A stretch of 64,000 nt of DNA, from the NCBI RefSeq assembly GCF_002111585.1, contig NZ_LUTP01000008.1:49995-113994 (forward strand), given 5' to 3'. The translations under genes and the position numbers were made by a program. Shown one piece after another: positions 48,642 to 59,460 of this stretch. The notes under the pieces are model-generated. The model had not been told where the DNA came from. It saw only the letters and a list, made by a program, of their open reading frames with translations, and made no database searches. Each line of letters begins with the position of its first letter. Position 1 is the stretch's first letter. The DNA is from Lonsdalea iberica (GTDB lineage: Bacteria; Pseudomonadota; Gammaproteobacteria; Enterobacterales; Enterobacteriaceae).

Positions 48642-49216
48642 CTGCTCAACCTCTATGATGTGCCTTTCAAAAATAGCCTTTCGCCGGAAAGAGGGCGATT
48701 GGCCTGATCTCGCGGTGATCCGCAACACCCCTTCACTATTTCATGACGTCTCTTGCAACCCTCGCCGATCGGCAGAAGAAGATTCATTCCTCGTTCGTTC
48801 CGACAGAGGGGGGCAGCGCTGGCAGGAAGGACTTAATCAACGAAATGATGATAAAAAATTAGGAAACCAATGGAAACGCGATTGCAGTATTTGTGATCGC
48901 TCAGCCACCCGGCAGATCCTGAGGATCGCGGCATCCCGCTAACGCGATGCGAAAATGGCGTTATTCGAGGCTGTTATGCGCGGTTTATGGATATTAGCTA
49001 CGGAGTTTTTTATTGGAATACAAAAAGTATGGCAAAGGGAGAGGGTTATTTCACGTGCTCGCACAAGAAGCATATAGCGGTTTTTTGTTTTATCACTTTC
49101 CACTCTTCTAAATTAGGGAATAACAAAAGCATAATTCCACGAATTACGGGCCATGAAATTAGCATTTAATACACGTGTGATACTCTTTTGGAGAAAATAA
49201 TATCACAAGGACGTTA

Positions 49217-50395
49217 TTGAACATGCTCATCAAAAAATCGGCAGGTCTCATACTGTCGTGCGCCATACTGTTATTTCCCCTTTCCGGTTGGTCTGCGGAC
49301 ACGTTCAAACATCCCGGTATGCTTAGTACCAGCGACGATCTCGCCAGAATAACGGCGCAGGTGAATCAGCAGTCTGAGCCGTGGTTCAAGGGATTCCAAC
49401 AGCTGAAACTTTCTCTTGGCTGGCAGCCTCGCGCCGTCGACATTGTGTATCGGGGACGAAATAGCGAGCACAGCGAAAATTATCCGCAGCTATACAGAGA
49501 CATAGCCATCGCCTACTCCCATGCGCTGTATTGGAAGGCCACAGGTAATGAAGCTTACGCCCAAAGCGCCGTCGCCATTCTGAACGCCTGGGGCGGCACG
49601 CTGAAAGAGATCCGAGGCTCCACCGATGCCGCGCTCGCGGCGGGAATTTATGGCTACGAACTGGCGAATACCGCAGAAATAATGCGGGACTATCCGGGAT
49701 GGAGCGCGAGCGATTTCGACACCTTCAAAAAGATGATGGAAACGGTCTTTCTCCCTATTAATCTGGATTTCATCGCGCGTCATAACAATACGAAAATCGA
49801 CCACTATTGGGCTAACTGGGATTTAGCACAGTTAAGTTCGATTATGGCTATCGGTATTTTATTAGATAGAAAAGACCTCTACGACCGAGCCGTCGACTAT
49901 TACAAAAACGGCGAGGGAAATGGCGCGATTGGCAAACTGGTTTGGAAACTGTATCCCGAACAGGGCATGGGGCAAATACAGGAAAGCGGCAGGGATCAGG
50001 CACACTCATTATTAGATATCGCGCTGGCGGGCGCGATATGCCAAATGGCCTGGAATCAGGGCGATGATTTGTTTGGTTATGACGATAACCGGCTGATGAA
50101 AGGGGCGGAATATGTCGCGGCCTATAATCTCGGCAAATCGGTTCCCTACACGACCTACACCAATAGCGATGTAACCCAAACGCAAATTTCTGAGAGCGCA
50201 AGAGGCGAAGTCAGAGCGGTTTGGGCACTGATCTATAACCATTACGTCGTGCTGAAGGGCCTCAACAGCCCCAATATTACCGAAATAGCGACCAAGATTC
50301 GGCCTGAAGGCGGCCCCTGGTCCTATGGCGCATATCCGGGAGGCTTTGACCAGCTGGGCTACGGCACGCTGCTGTTTACGCTGGGAGAAGAGTAA
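49217..50395 (+). CDS. secreted polysaccharide lyase-like protein (alginate-lyase superfamily, all-alpha toroid)
   Basis: Signal peptide MNMLIKKSAGLILSCAILLFPLSGWSA. NNTKIDHYWANW region resembles the AlgL NNHSYW motif. Preceded by an AT-rich 570-nt spacer. Confidence 0.4.
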   Translation: MNMLIKKSAGLILSCAILLFPLSGWSADTFKHPGMLSTSDDLARITAQVNQQSEPWFKGFQQLKLSLGWQPRAVDIVYRGRNSEHSENYPQLYRDIAIAYSHALYWKATGNEAYAQSAVAILNAWGGTLKEIRGSTDAALAAGIYGYELANTAEIMRDYPGWSASDFDTFKKMMETVFLPINLDFIARHNNTKIDHYWANWDLAQLSSIMAIGILLDRKDLYDRAVDYYKNGEGNGAIGKLVWKLYPEQGMGQIQESGRDQAHSLLDIALAGAICQMAWNQGDDLFGYDDNRLMKGAEYVAAYNLGKSVPYTTYTNSDVTQTQISESARGEVRAVWALIYNHYVVLKGLNSPNITEIATKIRPEGGPWSYGAYPGGFDQLGYGTLLFTLGEE

Positions 50396-50493
50396 CGGCT
50401 TACCCGTCGTCACATTCGTCAGGGTGCGATAACTGCGCCCTGGCGAACGAGAAAATCGTGACGGCGTTATTTATGGAAACCAATAGGAAACTG

Positions 50494-51243
50494 TCAGGCT
50501 AGCGGTAGATAGAAGTCGAAGCGATGGCTCTTTGTTTCCAGCATGGACTGCGCGGGAACGCCCGCGAGCGGCGGCGCATAGTCCGGTCGTTTGACCACCA
50601 CGCGCTTCTTCGCCAGCGAGCGTGCCGGGGCCAGCAGCGCGTCGGCATCCTCGTCGGCGCCGACCAGCGTCTGGAATACCCGCATCTCCTTTTTCACCAG
50701 CGCGCTTTTCTGCCGGTGAGGAAACATCGGATCGAGATAGACAACGTCGGGCGGCGGCTCGATGTCTTTCAGCTCTTCGGCGCTGGAAGCATGTAATAGC
50801 GTCAGACGCTCGCGCAACCAGCCGCCGATCTCCGCATCCTGATAACCTCGCTGCAGACCATCGTCCAATAGCGCCGCGACGACCGGGTGCCGCTCCACCA
50901 TACGAACCCGACAGCCGAGCGACGCCAGCACGAAAGCGTCGCGCCCCAGCCCCGCGGTGGCGTCCACGACATCGGGCAGATAGCCTTTCTTGATGCCGAC
51001 GGCGCGGGCCACCGCTTCGCCGCGCCCGCCGCCAAAGCGGCGTCGGTGCGCCAGCGTGCCGCCGACGAAATCCACGCAGATAGCGCCCAGTTTCGGCTCG
51101 TCCTGCTTGCGCAGCTCGAGCCGCTCGGGCGTTAAGACCAGCGCGAAGGGCTGGTCGTCATCTTCTGTCAGTCCCCAGCGCGCGGCCAGAGCGTCGAGGG
51201 CGCCTTTATCGGCGCCCTCTTCGGTCATCAGGCCGATCTTCAT
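50494..51243 (-). CDS. rsmJ: 16S rRNA m2G1516 methyltransferase RsmJ
   Basis: 249 aa, collinear with E. coli RsmJ/YhiQ ([25 protein letters not shown]...). Confidence 0.8.
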   Translation of the reverse strand: MKIGLMTEEGADKGALDALAARWGLTEDDDQPFALVLTPERLELRKQDEPKLGAICVDFVGGTLAHRRRFGGGRGEAVARAVGIKKGYLPDVVDATAGLGRDAFVLASLGCRVRMVERHPVVAALLDDGLQRGYQDAEIGGWLRERLTLLHASSAEELKDIEPPPDVVYLDPMFPHRQKSALVKKEMRVFQTLVGADEDADALLAPARSLAKKRVVVKRPDYAPPLAGVPAQSMLETKSHRFDFYLPLA

Positions 51244-53282
51244 CCCTTGATGCCGTAATGTTTCAGCATGGCGTCCAGTTTCGGTTCACGGCCGCGGAAG
51301 CGTTTGAACAGCTCCATCGGCTCTTCGGAACCGCCGCGAGACAGGATGTTGTCGAGGAACGATTGGCCGGTGGTGCGGTTGAAAATCCCTTCCTCTTCAA
51401 AGCGAGAGAAGGCGTCAGCCGCCAACACGTCGGCCCACAGGTAGCTGTAGTAGCCCGCAGCATAGCCGCCCGCGAAGATGTGGCTGAAGGCGTGCGGGAA
51501 GCGGTTCCAGCTCGGGCTGGGCATAACGGCGACCTGGGCCTTGACGTCGGCCAGCGTCGGCAGAATCTGCGCGCCTTTCGCCGGGTCAAATTCGGTATGC
51601 AGGCGGAAGTCGAACAGGCCGAACTCCAGCTGACGCAGAATGAACAGTGCCGCCTGGTAGTTCTTGGCCGCCAGCATTTTATCGAGCATTTCTTTCGGCA
51701 GCGGCTCGCCCGTTTCGTAGTGGCCGGAGATAAACGCCAGCGCGTCCGGCTCCCAACACCAGTTTTCCATAAACTGACTCGGCAGCTCGACGGCATCCCA
51801 CGGCACCCCGCTGATGCCGGTGACGCCCGCGGCTTCAACCAGCGTCAGCATGTGGTGCAGGCCATGACCGAATTCGTGGAACAGCGTTGTCACTTCATCA
51901 TGCGTAAACAGCGCCGGTTTGCCGTTGACCGGACGGTTGAAGTTACAGGTCAGGTAGGCGACCGGTTTCTGCAGCTCGCCGTTGGCGAGGCGCATACGGC
52001 CGACGCAGTCGTTCATCCAGGCGCCGCCGCGTTTGTTTTCGCGCGCGTACAGATCGAGGTAGAAGCTGCCGCGCAGTTCGCCGCTTTCATCGAACAGATC
52101 GAAGAAACGCACTTCCGGATGCCAGACATCGACGTCTTTGCGCTCTTTCGCCGTGATGCCGTAGATGCGGTTAACGACTTCAAACAGGCCGTTCAGCACG
52201 CGTTCTTCCGGGAAATACGGGCGCAGCTGCTCGTCGCTGATGGCGTAGAGATGCTGTTTCTGCTGTTCGCTGTAGTAGCTGACATCCCATGGATTCAGCT
52301 CATCCACGCCGTAATGCTGTTTGGCGAAGGCGCGCAGTTCAGCCAGTTCCTGCTCGGCCTGCGGACGTGCGCGTTTCGCCAGATCGGTCAGGAAGTCCAG
52401 CACCTGCTGCGGGTTTTCCGCCATTTTCGTGACCAGAGATTTATCGGCATAGCTTGAATAGCCGAGCAGCTGCGCCTGCTCATGGCGCAGCGCCATTTTC
52501 TCGGCCATCACTTCGGTGTTGTCCCACTGACCTGCGTTCGGCCCCTGATCGGAGGCGCGGGTGGCGTATGCGCGATACATCTCTTCGCGCAGCGCGGCGT
52601 TGGAGCAGTAGGTCATGACCGGCAGGTAGCTCGGCATGTCGAGCGTCAGCAGCCAGCCGTCTTGTTCTTTGGCTTCGGCCTGCGCCTTGGCGGCCGCCAG
52701 CGCGCTTTCCGGCAGACCGGCCAGGTCATTGACGTCGGTGATCAGCTTGGACCAGCCCATCGTGGCGTCCAACACGTTGTTGCTAAAGATTGAGCTCAGT
52801 TCGGAAAGCCGCGCGGAGATTTCACCGTAACGTTTCTGCTTCTCGGCGGGCAGGGCGATACCGGACAGTTCGAAGCCGATCAACGCATTTTCCACGGCTT
52901 TTTTCTGTGCGGTGTTCAATGACGCGAAATGTTCGCCGTCGCGCAGGTTGCGGTGAGCGCGATACAGGCCGGCATGCTGTCCCACCCAGGTGCCGTACTC
53001 GGACAGCAGCGGCAGGCACTGCTCGTAGGCGCCGCGCAGTTCGGGGCTGTTCTGTACCGCATTCAGATGGCCGATAGGGGAGAAGATACGTTCCAGCCGA
53101 TCGTCGCTTTCCGCCAGCGGCTGACAAAGATTTTCCCAGGTGAACGGACCTGGCTGCGCCACGACGTGCTCCACCGTTTTACGACAGTCGTCCAGCGCGC
53201 TTTGGATCGCGGGAACAATATCGTCGGTTTTGATCTGGGAAAACGGGGGCAGGGTAAATGAGGTAAGTAATGGATTTGTCAT
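51240..53282 (-). CDS. prlC: oligopeptidase A (M3 metallopeptidase)
   Basis: 680 aa with [10 protein letters not shown] zinc motif. Confidence 0.9.
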   Translation of the reverse strand: MTNPLLTSFTLPPFSQIKTDDIVPAIQSALDDCRKTVEHVVAQPGPFTWENLCQPLAESDDRLERIFSPIGHLNAVQNSPELRGAYEQCLPLLSEYGTWVGQHAGLYRAHRNLRDGEHFASLNTAQKKAVENALIGFELSGIALPAEKQKRYGEISARLSELSSIFSNNVLDATMGWSKLITDVNDLAGLPESALAAAKAQAEAKEQDGWLLTLDMPSYLPVMTYCSNAALREEMYRAYATRASDQGPNAGQWDNTEVMAEKMALRHEQAQLLGYSSYADKSLVTKMAENPQQVLDFLTDLAKRARPQAEQELAELRAFAKQHYGVDELNPWDVSYYSEQQKQHLYAISDEQLRPYFPEERVLNGLFEVVNRIYGITAKERKDVDVWHPEVRFFDLFDESGELRGSFYLDLYARENKRGGAWMNDCVGRMRLANGELQKPVAYLTCNFNRPVNGKPALFTHDEVTTLFHEFGHGLHHMLTLVEAAGVTGISGVPWDAVELPSQFMENWCWEPDALAFISGHYETGEPLPKEMLDKMLAAKNYQAALFILRQLEFGLFDFRLHTEFDPAKGAQILPTLADVKAQVAVMPSPSWNRFPHAFSHIFAGGYAAGYYSYLWADVLAADAFSRFEEEGIFNRTTGQSFLDNILSRGGSEEPMELFKRFRGREPKLDAMLKHYGIKG

Positions 53283-53349
53283 GGCACGGTCCTGAATAGT
53301 AATGATGATCGATCCCTTGTCCCGGAGGCCGACAAGGCTGACATAACTT

Positions 53350-53392
53350 GCAGATTACTGTCTAAGATGGGGGCTCAGGCCATGAAAATCAA
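53350..53392 (-). promoter_or_regulatory. putative sigma32 heat-shock promoter of prlC
   Basis: Minus strand: TTGATTT, a 14-nt spacer, then CCCCCATCT, matching CTTGAAA-N13-15-CCCCATNT. prlC is a known heat-shock gene in E. coli. Confidence 0.4.
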
Positions 53393-53864
53393 TGTTTGGG
53401 TCAGAATGGCGTAGTACCCGCACATGGCGTAAGGAAACGGTGGGGAAGATTCGTGCAGAATGGTCAAAGGTCGGTCGGCGAGGGCGCTGACAACCGCCGG
53501 AAGCGCTCAAAACTGGCGCCCGTGCCAGCCTGCTGAATATCGCGTTTTTTGCTCAATGATATAACGAAAAGAGAGGGAAATGTAGCGTCAGGTCGCGCCT
53601 TTGATGAGTCGGGCTTTCCTGTTTATCAAGTTGATTTTTATGTCTAATTTTATTCTTCCCTGTTGCAAATCGGGTTTATCTGCCACGCTTGATGGAAGGC
53701 GCTGCCCATTTTTACCGGTTCCGGGTCCGCCTCGCGTGCCGTGCCGAAACCGGCCTGACGCGCGGAGCGGAACGCGATGAGTCAGGTCTACCGAGATCCC
53801 GTGCTCAACGCGATATCGCCGTCCTTATAGGCCGTCATGTCAGTGAGACAGAGTGAGAACCATA

Positions 53865-55310
53865 ATGAATAATCCCATCGATTTTTCCGGTCAGACGCAG
53901 CCGGAATACGCGGACGTCAACGACACCTTTTATCCGACATTCCATCTGGCGCCACCGGCGGGCTGGATGAACGATCCCAACGGGCTGATCTACCATCAGG
54001 GGCGTTACCATGCGTTCTACCAGCATTACCCTTATGAGCCTAAATGGGGACCGATGCACTGGGGACACGCCACCAGCGAGGACATGATCCGCTGGGAGCA
54101 CCAACCCGTCGCGCTATTTCCCGGCAGTGAGAACGAGCCGGACCGCGACGGCTGCTTTTCCGGCTGCGCGGTAGATGACGACGGTGTCCTGAGCCTGATT
54201 TATACCGGCCATGTCGTCTTGCCTTCCTCGCCCGAAGAGGGCGAGAAATTACGGCAGGTGCAGTGCCTTGCCACCAGCCACGATGGCCTGCATTTCGAAA
54301 AGCAGGGCGCTATCCTCCTGCCGCCTCCCGGCATCATGCATTTTCGCGATCCCAAAGTGTGGCGCGAGGACGGCGTCTGGTGGATGGTGGTGGGCGCCCG
54401 TAATGAACGAGATCAGGGACAGGTACTGCTCTATCGCGGCGAGAGCCTGCGGGAGTGGACGCTCGACCGCGTGCTGGCGGAGAGCGATGGCGAGCTGGGT
54501 TACATGTGGGAGTGTCCGGATTTCTTTCCGCTGGGGGATGAGTGGCTGCTGATGTTCTCGCCGCAGGGCGTATCGGCAAACGGCTATCTCTACCGCAATT
54601 TATTCCAGAGCGGTTATCTGCGCGGGCACTGGCGGCCGGGGGCCGACTTCGAGATCACGCAGCCGTTCGCAGAGGCGGATCTCGGTCACGACTTCTATGC
54701 GCCGCAGTCGTTCCTGGCAGCGGATGGTCGTCGAATTGTTCTGGGATGGATGGATATGTGGGAGTCGCCGATGCCTTCGCAGCAGGATCATTGGGCGGGC
54801 TGCATGACGCTGCCCCGCGAGCTGAGCCTTGAGGATGGGCAGTTGCGGGTGCGGCCGGTGCGGGAAGTCGAGTCGCTGCGGCGCGACGGGCAGGTGATCG
54901 CACCGCATTGGCTCGACTCGCAGTCGCAGTCGCTGGCGGAACATGGCGATGCGCGGGAGCTGGCGTTGCGCTGGGATCTGAGCGACTGCACCGCCGAACG
55001 TTTCGGTCTGACGCTCGGAGACGGTCTGCGCCTGTTTGCCGACACGCAGTCCGGGCGTCTGGTGCTGGAGCGCAATTACCCTGAGTACGGCCTGAGCGGC
55101 TATCGCAGCGCGCCATTAACGGCACATTCAGTGCTATCGCTGCGGATTTTCATCGATCGCTCCTCGATAGAAGTCTTTGTCGGAGAGGGGGAAAGCTGCC
55201 TGAGTTCGCGCATCTACCCGCAGGCGGGCCGGCGGGCGCTGAGATTGTTCGCCGATCATGGCCGGGCGCATCTCATTGGGGGAGACTGCTGGTCTCTGCT
55301 CATGGCCTAG
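53865..55310 (+). CDS. glycoside hydrolase family 32 beta-fructofuranosidase (sucrose-6-phosphate hydrolase/invertase-like), cytoplasmic
   Basis: WMNDPNG, FRDPKV and WECPD catalytic motifs. No signal peptide. The ORF caller's GTG start at 53853 is possible. Confidence 0.75.
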   Translation: MNNPIDFSGQTQPEYADVNDTFYPTFHLAPPAGWMNDPNGLIYHQGRYHAFYQHYPYEPKWGPMHWGHATSEDMIRWEHQPVALFPGSENEPDRDGCFSGCAVDDDGVLSLIYTGHVVLPSSPEEGEKLRQVQCLATSHDGLHFEKQGAILLPPPGIMHFRDPKVWREDGVWWMVVGARNERDQGQVLLYRGESLREWTLDRVLAESDGELGYMWECPDFFPLGDEWLLMFSPQGVSANGYLYRNLFQSGYLRGHWRPGADFEITQPFAEADLGHDFYAPQSFLAADGRRIVLGWMDMWESPMPSQQDHWAGCMTLPRELSLEDGQLRVRPVREVESLRRDGQVIAPHWLDSQSQSLAEHGDARELALRWDLSDCTAERFGLTLGDGLRLFADTQSGRLVLERNYPEYGLSGYRSAPLTAHSVLSLRIFIDRSSIEVFVGEGESCLSSRIYPQAGRRALRLFADHGRAHLIGGDCWSLLMA

Positions 55311-55554
55311 CAGCATAAAGGCAAGACGGCATCAGGACAGGGCTGCGGCGCGTTCTCCGTCTGGCAAGGGAACCTGTTTTCAGGTTCCCGGCGGGTTTTC
55401 TGTGCCTAAGATCTCAACCAATGACCAGAAGAGGGCCAATCTGTTTTATACTCCCCCGCTGCACCCCGATGTTTTTGCCGCCCTGCGGCGAGGGTGGGGT
55501 AAAAGACGGCGCGTCTGCCTCACTCACGACTTAATCACTGGATAATCATTACCC

Positions 55555-56397
55555 ATGCTCAGCTACCGCCACAGTTTTCATGCCGGCAACCACGCCGACG
55601 TGCTCAAGCATACCGTTCAAAGCCTGATCCTCAGCGCTCTGGCGGAGAAAGACAAACCCTTCTTGTACCTCGATACGCACGCCGGGGCGGGTCGCTATAA
55701 ACTGCAAAGCGAACACGCCGAGCGCACTGCCGAATATCAGGCGGGGATTGCCCGCATCTGGCAGCGGGACGACGTGCCTGCTGAGTTGGATGCCTACATG
55801 CAGGTGGTGCGTAACTACAATCCGCAGGGACAACTGCGTTACTACCCAGGCTCTCCGCTGATTGCCCGCCATCTGATGCGCGATCACGACCGCCTGAGTC
55901 TGAGCGAACTGCACCCGAGCGACTATCCGCTGCTGCGTCAGGAGTTCCAGCGTGATAATCGCGCCCGCGTGGTGCGTGAAGACGGCTACCAGCAGTTGAA
56001 AGCCCAGTTGCCGCCGCCGTCTCGCCGCGGACTGGTACTGGTCGATCCGCCCTACGAAATGAAGAGCGATTATCAGGCGGTGGTGAAGGGGATTCACGAA
56101 GGTTACCGCCGCTTCGCGACCGGCGTTTATGCGTTGTGGTATCCGGTCGTATTGCGTCAGCAGATTAAACGGCTGCTGAAAGATCTGGAAGCGACCGGCA
56201 TCCGCCGGATCCTGCAAATCGAGCTGGCCGTGCTGCCGGACAGCGATCGCCACGGCATGACCGCCTCAGGCATGATTGTCATTAACCCGCCGTGGAAGCT
56301 GGAATCCCAGATGAAAAGCGTGCTGCCGTGGCTGCATCAGGTGCTGGTGCCCGAAGGGACCGGACATACCCGCGTTGAGTGGGTCGTGCCGGAGTAA
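55555..56397 (+). CDS. rlmJ: 23S rRNA m6A2030 methyltransferase RlmJ
   Basis: Begins MLSYRHSFHAGNHADVLKHTVQ, the RlmJ/YhiR family signature. Confidence 0.85.
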   Translation: MLSYRHSFHAGNHADVLKHTVQSLILSALAEKDKPFLYLDTHAGAGRYKLQSEHAERTAEYQAGIARIWQRDDVPAELDAYMQVVRNYNPQGQLRYYPGSPLIARHLMRDHDRLSLSELHPSDYPLLRQEFQRDNRARVVREDGYQQLKAQLPPPSRRGLVLVDPPYEMKSDYQAVVKGIHEGYRRFATGVYALWYPVVLRQQIKRLLKDLEATGIRRILQIELAVLPDSDRHGMTASGMIVINPPWKLESQMKSVLPWLHQVLVPEGTGHTRVEWVVPE

Positions 56398-56442
56398 ATG
56401 CGGCAGCGCCCATGCCCTGCGGCGCAGGGCATGGGGAATGCG

Positions 56443-57357
56443 CTATACCCGGAACGTCGCCAGATCGGTGGCCATGTCTGTGGCTGGGAAAATCGCCCGG
56501 CACTCCGCCAGCAGCCGTTCGCTGTCTTCCTGACCGTATCGTGCGCTGATATGAGTGATAATCAAACGTCCTGCCCCCACTTCCCGAGCTAACGTCGCCG
56601 CCTGTTCCGTCGTGGAATGACCGCGCTCGCTGGCGCGATCGGCCATACTGGCCTCCACCGTCGCTTCGTGCACCATTACATCTACCCCGGCGGCCAGTAA
56701 GCGTCCTGCCTCCGATGGGCGGGTATCGCCGAATATCGCGAGCGAACGGCCCGGCGTGGACGGCCCGAGGTAATCGGCGCCGTTTAAGGTACGTCCATCC
56801 TCCAGCGTGACGGACTCGCCGCGCTTCAGTTGCTGAAACCATGAACCGGGGCGAATGCCCTCTTGCTTCAGCCGCTCCACATTCAATGCGCCAGGTTTAG
56901 GCCGCTCTTCGATGCGATACCCGACGCAGGTCAGCGTGTGCGACATCGGATAGGCCGTCACCACGCGATGCTCGTCTTCACAGACCGGTCCGGAGGTGAC
57001 CTCGATGACGTCCATGGGATAGGTGAGATAAGAGCCGCTTAGGCTCAGCGCATTGTCGATAAACGTTTTCAGGCCGGCGGGGCCGTAGAGCGTCAGCGGC
57101 GCCTGACACCCGGCCATGGAGCGGGAGCACAGCAGACCCGGCAGGCCAAACAGGTGGTCGCCATGCAGATGTGTGATGAAAATTTTCTCGATCTTGCTAG
57201 CGCTTAAACGCGTATGCAGTATCTGATGCTGCGTGCCTTCACCGCAGTCGAACAGCCAAAAGGCAGGGCGCGAACCTTGCAGATCCAACGCCAGGCTAGC
57301 CACATTGCGGGCTTTCGTTGGGATGCCCGCGCTGGTGCCTAAAAAAATCAGTTCCAT
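56443..57357 (-). CDS. rbn: ribonuclease BN / RNase Z (metallo-beta-lactamase fold)
   Basis: 304 aa, collinear with E. coli Rbn/ElaC. HxHxDH motif ([10 protein letters not shown]). Confidence 0.8.
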   Translation of the reverse strand: MELIFLGTSAGIPTKARNVASLALDLQGSRPAFWLFDCGEGTQHQILHTRLSASKIEKIFITHLHGDHLFGLPGLLCSRSMAGCQAPLTLYGPAGLKTFIDNALSLSGSYLTYPMDVIEVTSGPVCEDEHRVVTAYPMSHTLTCVGYRIEERPKPGALNVERLKQEGIRPGSWFQQLKRGESVTLEDGRTLNGADYLGPSTPGRSLAIFGDTRPSEAGRLLAAGVDVMVHEATVEASMADRASERGHSTTEQAATLAREVGAGRLIITHISARYGQEDSERLLAECRAIFPATDMATDLATFRV

Positions 57358-57376
57358 GGTGAAACGCTCCGGTCAA

Positions 57377-58960
57377 TTAACGGTGTTTGACGTCATCCCA
57401 GCATAAAGCGAACCGCGCCAGATATTTGCGCAGCCGGTCGGCGTCATTCGGTTGTTTTTTCTGCTGGCGCGAGACGGCGAAGAGCTGGCGGCCCGCTTCC
57501 GACAAGCTGCTGGCCTGACGGCAAACGTTCAGCACGCTTTCCAACTGGAGGCGGTCAAACAGATCGCAGTCGCCGACGCTCTCCGGCAACGGCGCGCGCT
57601 CGGCGTCGCTGGGCGCCCACTGCCGCTCGAGACGCGAGATTTCTTCGTCGACCAAGGCGGGGGTGATGCGGCCATTATCCGCCAATGTCGCCATTCTAAC
57701 GACGCTGGCGCTCAATTCTCTGAAATTCCCGCGCCACGGAGCGCGCGGCGAGCAGGCGAACCCTAGAAACTGCTGGCGCGCTTCGCGGTCAAAACGGACT
57801 TGCAACAGCTGCGTCTCTGCAAAGCGCTCTAGTTCAAAGTCGATATTGGGCTCGATATCTTCACGTCGCTCCGCCAATCCGGGGAGGGGGAAAGTCCACA
57901 TATTGATGCGGGCATAGAGGTCGTCACGGAAATGGCCTGCGGCGACCCAGCGCGGCATGTCGCGATGCGTACCGGCGATCAGTTGAAAATCGCTGCTGAC
58001 TTCCTTATCCGAACCGAAGGGGAAAAAGGTTTTCTCTTCAACCGCTTTCAACAGCATCGCCTGTTCGTCCAACCCCAGCTCGCCAATTTCATCCAGAAAC
58101 AGGATGCCGCCGTCCGCTTCCCTCAGCAGTCCGGTTCTCGCCTGCTGCGCGCCGGTAAACGCGCCCCGAGCGTGTCCGAACAACGTCGACATCGCATTAT
58201 CTCCTCGCAGCGTCGCGCAGTTGACGGCGACAAAGCGCCCTGAAATCTGATGACGCGCGGCTTTTAATTCGAAGATCCGCCGGGCCAGAAAAGATTTTCC
58301 CGCGCCGGTCGGACCGGTGAGCAACAACGGCGCGGAAGAACGCAGCGCAACACGCTCGATTTGGTCGATCAAGGCATTGTATGCCGCGTTGCGCGTCGCA
58401 ATACCCGCTTTCAAAAACGAGGCCGATTCCTGCTGCTCCCGTTGAAAACGGCTCGTCAGCGTCGCATAACGGCTGAGATCCAAATCGATTATTGAATAAA
58501 CGCCAGCAGGAGAAGGAGGGCCTTCACGGCGGGAAGTCGGACTGGTTTGCAACAGGCTGGCAGGCAGGTAGCGCGCCTCCGTCAGCAGAAACCAACAGAT
58601 CTGCGCGACGTGGGTGCCGGTGGTGATATGGACCAGATACTCTTCGTGCTCCGTGTCGAACGAATAGCGGGCGGCGAAGTCGAGATACGCGGTATAGACC
58701 TCCTCAAAATCCCAGGCATCCCGCAAATCGACGGCATGCAGACGCACTTCCGTGCGGGGCGACAGCGTGGTGATGTCCGCCTGAACCTGTTCCGCCAGAC
58801 CGATATTGCGCGACTGGTACAGTAACTCCAGCCGGTCCACCGGCATGTCCGGTTGTTGGCATAGCGCGACGGTCGGCCGCCATTTATTCCAGCGGTTGGC
58901 CCGTTTGCCGCGCTTATCGAGGACGCTGCCCAGCGTGCCGATCACCACTCTGCGTTTCAT
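57377..58960 (-). CDS. rtcR: sigma54-dependent transcriptional regulator RtcR (CARF - AAA+ - HTH)
   Basis: 527 aa, collinear with E. coli RtcR: N-terminal CARF region (KWRPT...LCQQ), AAA+ Walker A GPTGAGKS, GAFTGA motif. Confidence 0.85.
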   Translation of the reverse strand: MKRRVVIGTLGSVLDKRGKRANRWNKWRPTVALCQQPDMPVDRLELLYQSRNIGLAEQVQADITTLSPRTEVRLHAVDLRDAWDFEEVYTAYLDFAARYSFDTEHEEYLVHITTGTHVAQICWFLLTEARYLPASLLQTSPTSRREGPPSPAGVYSIIDLDLSRYATLTSRFQREQQESASFLKAGIATRNAAYNALIDQIERVALRSSAPLLLTGPTGAGKSFLARRIFELKAARHQISGRFVAVNCATLRGDNAMSTLFGHARGAFTGAQQARTGLLREADGGILFLDEIGELGLDEQAMLLKAVEEKTFFPFGSDKEVSSDFQLIAGTHRDMPRWVAAGHFRDDLYARINMWTFPLPGLAERREDIEPNIDFELERFAETQLLQVRFDREARQQFLGFACSPRAPWRGNFRELSASVVRMATLADNGRITPALVDEEISRLERQWAPSDAERAPLPESVGDCDLFDRLQLESVLNVCRQASSLSEAGRQLFAVSRQQKKQPNDADRLRKYLARFALCWDDVKHR

Positions 58961-59096
58961 GTTTATCCTTATTTATAAATCCTTATCCTTAAGAATAATT
59001 TATTCGTGCATGTTCGAATAGTGCAAGGTAAGCCGATAAAAATAAAAGTCAGTTTTATCAGTAAGTTGAATTTTTATTTGGTGCGGAGCTTCCTGT

Positions 59097-59112
59097 TGGC
59101 ACGCCTTTGGCA
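59097..59112 (+). promoter_or_regulatory. sigma54 (-24/-12) promoter facing the slipin/NTase operon
   Basis: TGGCACGCCTTTGGCA, with GG-N10-GC spacing. Divergent from rtcR and about 350 nt upstream of the first ORF. Confidence 0.6.
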
Positions 59113-59460
59113 ATACCTCAGTCGTCGACAGGTTGATTTCGCAGTGGTTTAGCGCCACGCCGGCATTCAAGGAGCGGTTTCACGCCGCTTTCCGCGGATG
59201 TTCCGTCAGCCCTATCAGACTTGATAAAAGGTTAACTCGGGTTCGACTCCCGAATATCGCACCTCGATATTGATAATGAAAAAAATAACCCTCCCGCCAC
59301 CGGGACGTTGACGGTGGCCTCACGGGAGACCGACCGACGCGCCGGGCGGCAGGCAGAAAGCTGATGCGTTCCTTCAGGAACCCGTGAGCGTTCCCCCTGC
59401 GGCTTCGCCCCGACGTCCGTCTTCACATGTGCCGGAGGGATCATAAGGAGAAACAGAGTC

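Noticed and set aside
59237-59270. Possible bona fide tRNA gene in the rtcR-slipin intergenic region
   Set aside because: Only a T-arm-like hairpin is present. No matching acceptor 5' strand, D-arm or anticodon arm is found upstream. It is kept only as a tRNA-like element hypothesis.
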